A stretch of DNA of 64,000 nucleotides. Origin: Candidatus Bathyarchaeota archaeon (GTDB taxonomy: Archaea; Thermoproteota; Bathyarchaeia; Bathyarchaeales; Bathycorpusculaceae). Location of the stretch: positions 6,467-70,466 of the forward strand of contig JAGTQI010000001.1 of assembly GCA_018396955.1 (NCBI GenBank), written 5' to 3'. The translations under genes were made by a program, and so were the position numbers. A model generated the notes under the pieces. That model worked only from the letters and a program-made list of their open reading frames with translations, had not been told where the DNA came from and made no database searches. Below are positions 61,709 to 64,000 of this stretch, piece by piece. Numbering within the stretch: the first letter of the stretch is position 1; every line of letters begins with the position of its first letter.

Positions 61709-62782
61709 ATGAACCTTAAAAAGGGCTTTGTAAAAGTTATTCCAGAAACTTATGATGATTTGTGGCATCTCTACAACATTATTTATAAGGGCGACGAGGT
61801 TTACGCCTACACATCACGAGAAATAAAACAGGACGAGAAATACTTCAGAGGGAAGCGGGGCGAAAGAGTTTCAGTGTTCCTAGGTGTTAAAGTGGGAAAA
61901 GTTGCTTGGGACAAGATCCTTGGAAGGCTTAGGGTTCATGGAACAATATGCCACGCACCAGAAATAATTCCGATGGGCGCACATCACACATTAAATATTA
62001 CACTGAATTCGCCGGTAACTGTTGTGAAAGAGAAGTGGGCAAGCCACCAGCTTGAAAGATTGGAAGCTGCTAGAAAAACTTCAAGAAAACCCATAATTAT
62101 ATTGGCGATAGATGATGAGGGCTTTGCAATAGCCACAACAACCCAATACGGTGTTGAAGTAAAAGTAGAGGAGCGGACAAGGCTTCCAGGAAAGCTTGAG
62201 GCTGACAAAAGGAGTGCCGCTATCAAAGAGTTCTTCCAAAACGCATTAAACAATTTGCGCCAAATCTGGAGCGAAGCCCACAACCCAATCGCCATAATCG
62301 GTGTAGGCTTCATAAAAAATGACTTCGCAAATTTTTTGGAGAAAGAAGCCCCGGAAATGGCTAAATCAGTCGCTGACGTTAAAAGCGTAAACAATAGTGG
62401 CGTCGCAGGCATTTATGAGGCTATACGCTCGGGGGTTCTCACAAAAACCGTGAGGCATCTGAGAATCGCTGAGGAAACTGAAGTTGTCGAGGAGATTCTG
62501 AAAAGGCTCGGTAAGGGCGAGCGAACAGTGGTTTATGGCTTGGACGAGGTTCGTAAAGCATCAGAGTATGGAGCTGTTAATGTACTTGTTTTAGCTGACA
62601 CCGTGTTGCGTGGGGCGGAAGATGAGGAACGCTTATCTCTGGAGCGTTTGATGAAAGACGTGGAGCAGAAGGGAGGAAAAATCATGGTTATAAGCACAGA
62701 ACACGAGGCAGGAGTGAAACTTGTCGCTTTGGGCGGTATAGCCGCCCTCTTAAGGTTTGCACCGCCAACGCAGCCGGCTTAA
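61709..62782 (+). CDS. pelA: Pelota (aDom34) mRNA surveillance factor
   Basis: MNLKKGFVKVIPETYDDLWHLYNIIYKGDEVYA is a typical Pelota N-terminus, and the C-terminal domain is eRF1-like. Start chosen at internal ATG of track ORF 61673. Confidence 0.85.
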   Translation: MNLKKGFVKVIPETYDDLWHLYNIIYKGDEVYAYTSREIKQDEKYFRGKRGERVSVFLGVKVGKVAWDKILGRLRVHGTICHAPEIIPMGAHHTLNITLNSPVTVVKEKWASHQLERLEAARKTSRKPIIILAIDDEGFAIATTTQYGVEVKVEERTRLPGKLEADKRSAAIKEFFQNALNNLRQIWSEAHNPIAIIGVGFIKNDFANFLEKEAPEMAKSVADVKSVNNSGVAGIYEAIRSGVLTKTVRHLRIAEETEVVEEILKRLGKGERTVVYGLDEVRKASEYGAVNVLVLADTVLRGAEDEERLSLERLMKDVEQKGGKIMVISTEHEAGVKLVALGGIAALLRFAPPTQPA

Positions 62783-63495
62783 ACAGTTTTTAGTCTTCTT
62801 CGAACGGCTGGATTTTCTTCAGCCAATTCCTTTAAAACCAACTCGAAGGTTTCGCCTTCAGCTAACTCTCTTTCAATAAAGACACCTGTTCTGCCAACTT
62901 CGTCCCTCCTCAGAAGGGCGCGGATCCTATCAAGAACTGTTTCCACAGAAATCTTCAACATTTTGGCAACATGCTCCTCTCGACCAACTACTCCGCTTTC
63001 CCTGTGGCCTCTTTCTGTGGGTTCAATAAGCATTAAGCGTTTATCCACACCAGCAACCCGCACTCCAGCTTTTAAAGCCTCAAACGTTGCTTCACCGCCG
63101 AACTTGTAAAACTCCCTTTCAGTCTTGCGCATATTCATTAATGGAAATGAAACGCTGGTCCTCTCGTCAATTTCTATGTAGCCTTTCATGGCGTACGCGG
63201 GTGTTGCTTGCACAATAAGTCGCCTGTTTATCGGTATTTGTGCCTGTTCAAGGGCTGTTTCGATTAAGAAAGATGATGGAGGATGCGGTATGAAAACATC
63301 AACATCGCTTTTCTTCGTGACATCTCCTCTTGCAATGCTGCCGTGGGTTATGGTCTGTATATTAAAGTTTGCAAGTGCCTCCATCAGCCACAAAGCCTTT
63401 GCCCTGAGCTTCTTAAGCAGCATCCAATGTTCGACGCTGTAAACGACTTCCAGAAACTCCGGAAGCCTTAAAGGTTTCTTAGCCATGGTATTCAA
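62779..63495 (-). CDS. Pol-beta-superfamily nucleotidyltransferase domain protein
   Basis: HGSIARGDVTKKSDVDVFI (GS..D.D motif). Confidence 0.6.
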   Translation of the reverse strand: MNTMAKKPLRLPEFLEVVYSVEHWMLLKKLRAKALWLMEALANFNIQTITHGSIARGDVTKKSDVDVFIPHPPSSFLIETALEQAQIPINRRLIVQATPAYAMKGYIEIDERTSVSFPLMNMRKTEREFYKFGGEATFEALKAGVRVAGVDKRLMLIEPTERGHRESGVVGREEHVAKMLKISVETVLDRIRALLRRDEVGRTGVFIERELAEGETFELVLKELAEENPAVRRRLKTV

Positions 63496-63608
63496 CCATT
63501 AGGTGTTTCATCTACCCTTGAAAACTCTTCTGTGTTTTTAAGAAGCGTTAAATTTTGCCTTGGAAAGTATTTCCATAGCCAACTTACAGTGCTCGGAAGA
63601 ATGATTAA

Positions 63609-64000
63609 ATGGGGAACGTTAGGGAAGAAACGCTTTGCAGCATTTGCAAGCGGAAGGAAGCCTTTTTCTTTAGGCCATACTCTGGCGAGAGGCTATGTAA
63701 TGGCTGCTTTGTTAAATCAATTGAAAACAAAGTTAAAGCAACTATAGCCAAATATGGCATGTTTGAGTTTGACGATAGAATCGCTGTGGCTGTTTCAGGT
63801 GGAAAAGACAGCGTAAGCCTCTTGCACATTTTGTTCAAAATAGAGCGAGGCTACCCAAAAGCTTCGCTTGTTGCGGTTTCTGTGGATGAAGGAATCGCCA
63901 GATACAGAGACGAAGCCCTAAAAATTGCCGAAGAAAACTGTAGAAAGCTCGGCGTGGAACACCATACAATATCCTTCAAAAAACTTTACGGTTTTACACT
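63609..64000 (+). CDS. PP-loop ATPase, TtuA/NcsA-like tRNA thiolation enzyme, N-terminal part (continues beyond the window)
   Basis: Own translation: MGNVREETLCSICKRKEAFFFRPYSGERLCNGCF...IAVAVSGGKDSVSLLHIL (CxxC..CxxC zinc finger plus the SGGKDS PP-loop). Confidence 0.75.
   Translation, partial: MGNVREETLCSICKRKEAFFFRPYSGERLCNGCFVKSIENKVKATIAKYGMFEFDDRIAVAVSGGKDSVSLLHILFKIERGYPKASLVAVSVDEGIARYRDEALKIAEENCRKLGVEHHTISFKKLYGFT

Noticed and set aside
63532-63747. Track ORF of 71 aa
   Set aside because: A different frame starting at ATG 63609 gives a zinc-finger plus SGGKDS PP-loop protein that continues to the window end. The track ORF is an out-of-frame overlap.

Overview
Archaeal chromosomal window. 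Only the edges look like core genome. The left edge (1-5.0 kb) carries the H4MPT C1 genes mtd, an frhB-like gene and ftr, then aRF1 and a DUF4430-like plus membrane-protein pair. The right edge (61.0-64.0 kb) carries tRNA-Ala(GGC), a CBS protein, Pelota, a nucleotidyltransferase and a PP-loop tRNA-thiolase-like gene. Between them lie about 56 kb of accessory DNA at the 3' end of the tRNA-Ala gene. A 13-nt copy of the tRNA 3' end at 5073-5085 marks the far boundary. The insert is a mosaic of four modules. (A) 5.1-6.6 kb is AT-rich with a PIN-like gene pair. (B) 6.7-39.8 kb is visibly more GC-rich and looks like a provirus or plasmid. It has two RadA paralogs, many RHH regulators, two ParB-like genes, a PrimPol, a Ku-like protein with an ATP-dependent ligase, an internal tyrosine recombinase and an Mrp/SCP2/UbiA cargo cluster. 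It also has an intein-bearing subtilase, a block of unrecognisable beta-rich putative structural genes, a holin/XhlA-like pair and an HNH nuclease. (C) 39.8-47.2 kb is AT-rich metabolic cargo: nitrilase-family, enolase-superfamily, APC permease and phosphoesterase genes. (D) 47.2-61.0 kb is an AT-rich defence island ending in a tyrosine integrase next to the tRNA. The best candidates for something new are three. First, a translationally coupled operon wHTH / PD-(D/E)XK-N6A-methyltransferase / HsdS / NurA / HerA with no HsdR, so NurA-HerA may replace the restriction subunit; it is flanked by an HNH-DGQHK (reversed GmrSD-like) gene and a B12-domain radical SAM gene. Second, a 25-nt intervening sequence with canonical bulge-helix-bulge geometry that splits the catalytic KxDG motif of the element's DNA ligase. 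Third, a roughly 700-nt densely structured non-coding region inside module B. No rRNA and no CRISPR array were seen. All functional calls rest on motif recognition by eye. No searches or computations were run, and start codons are approximate.
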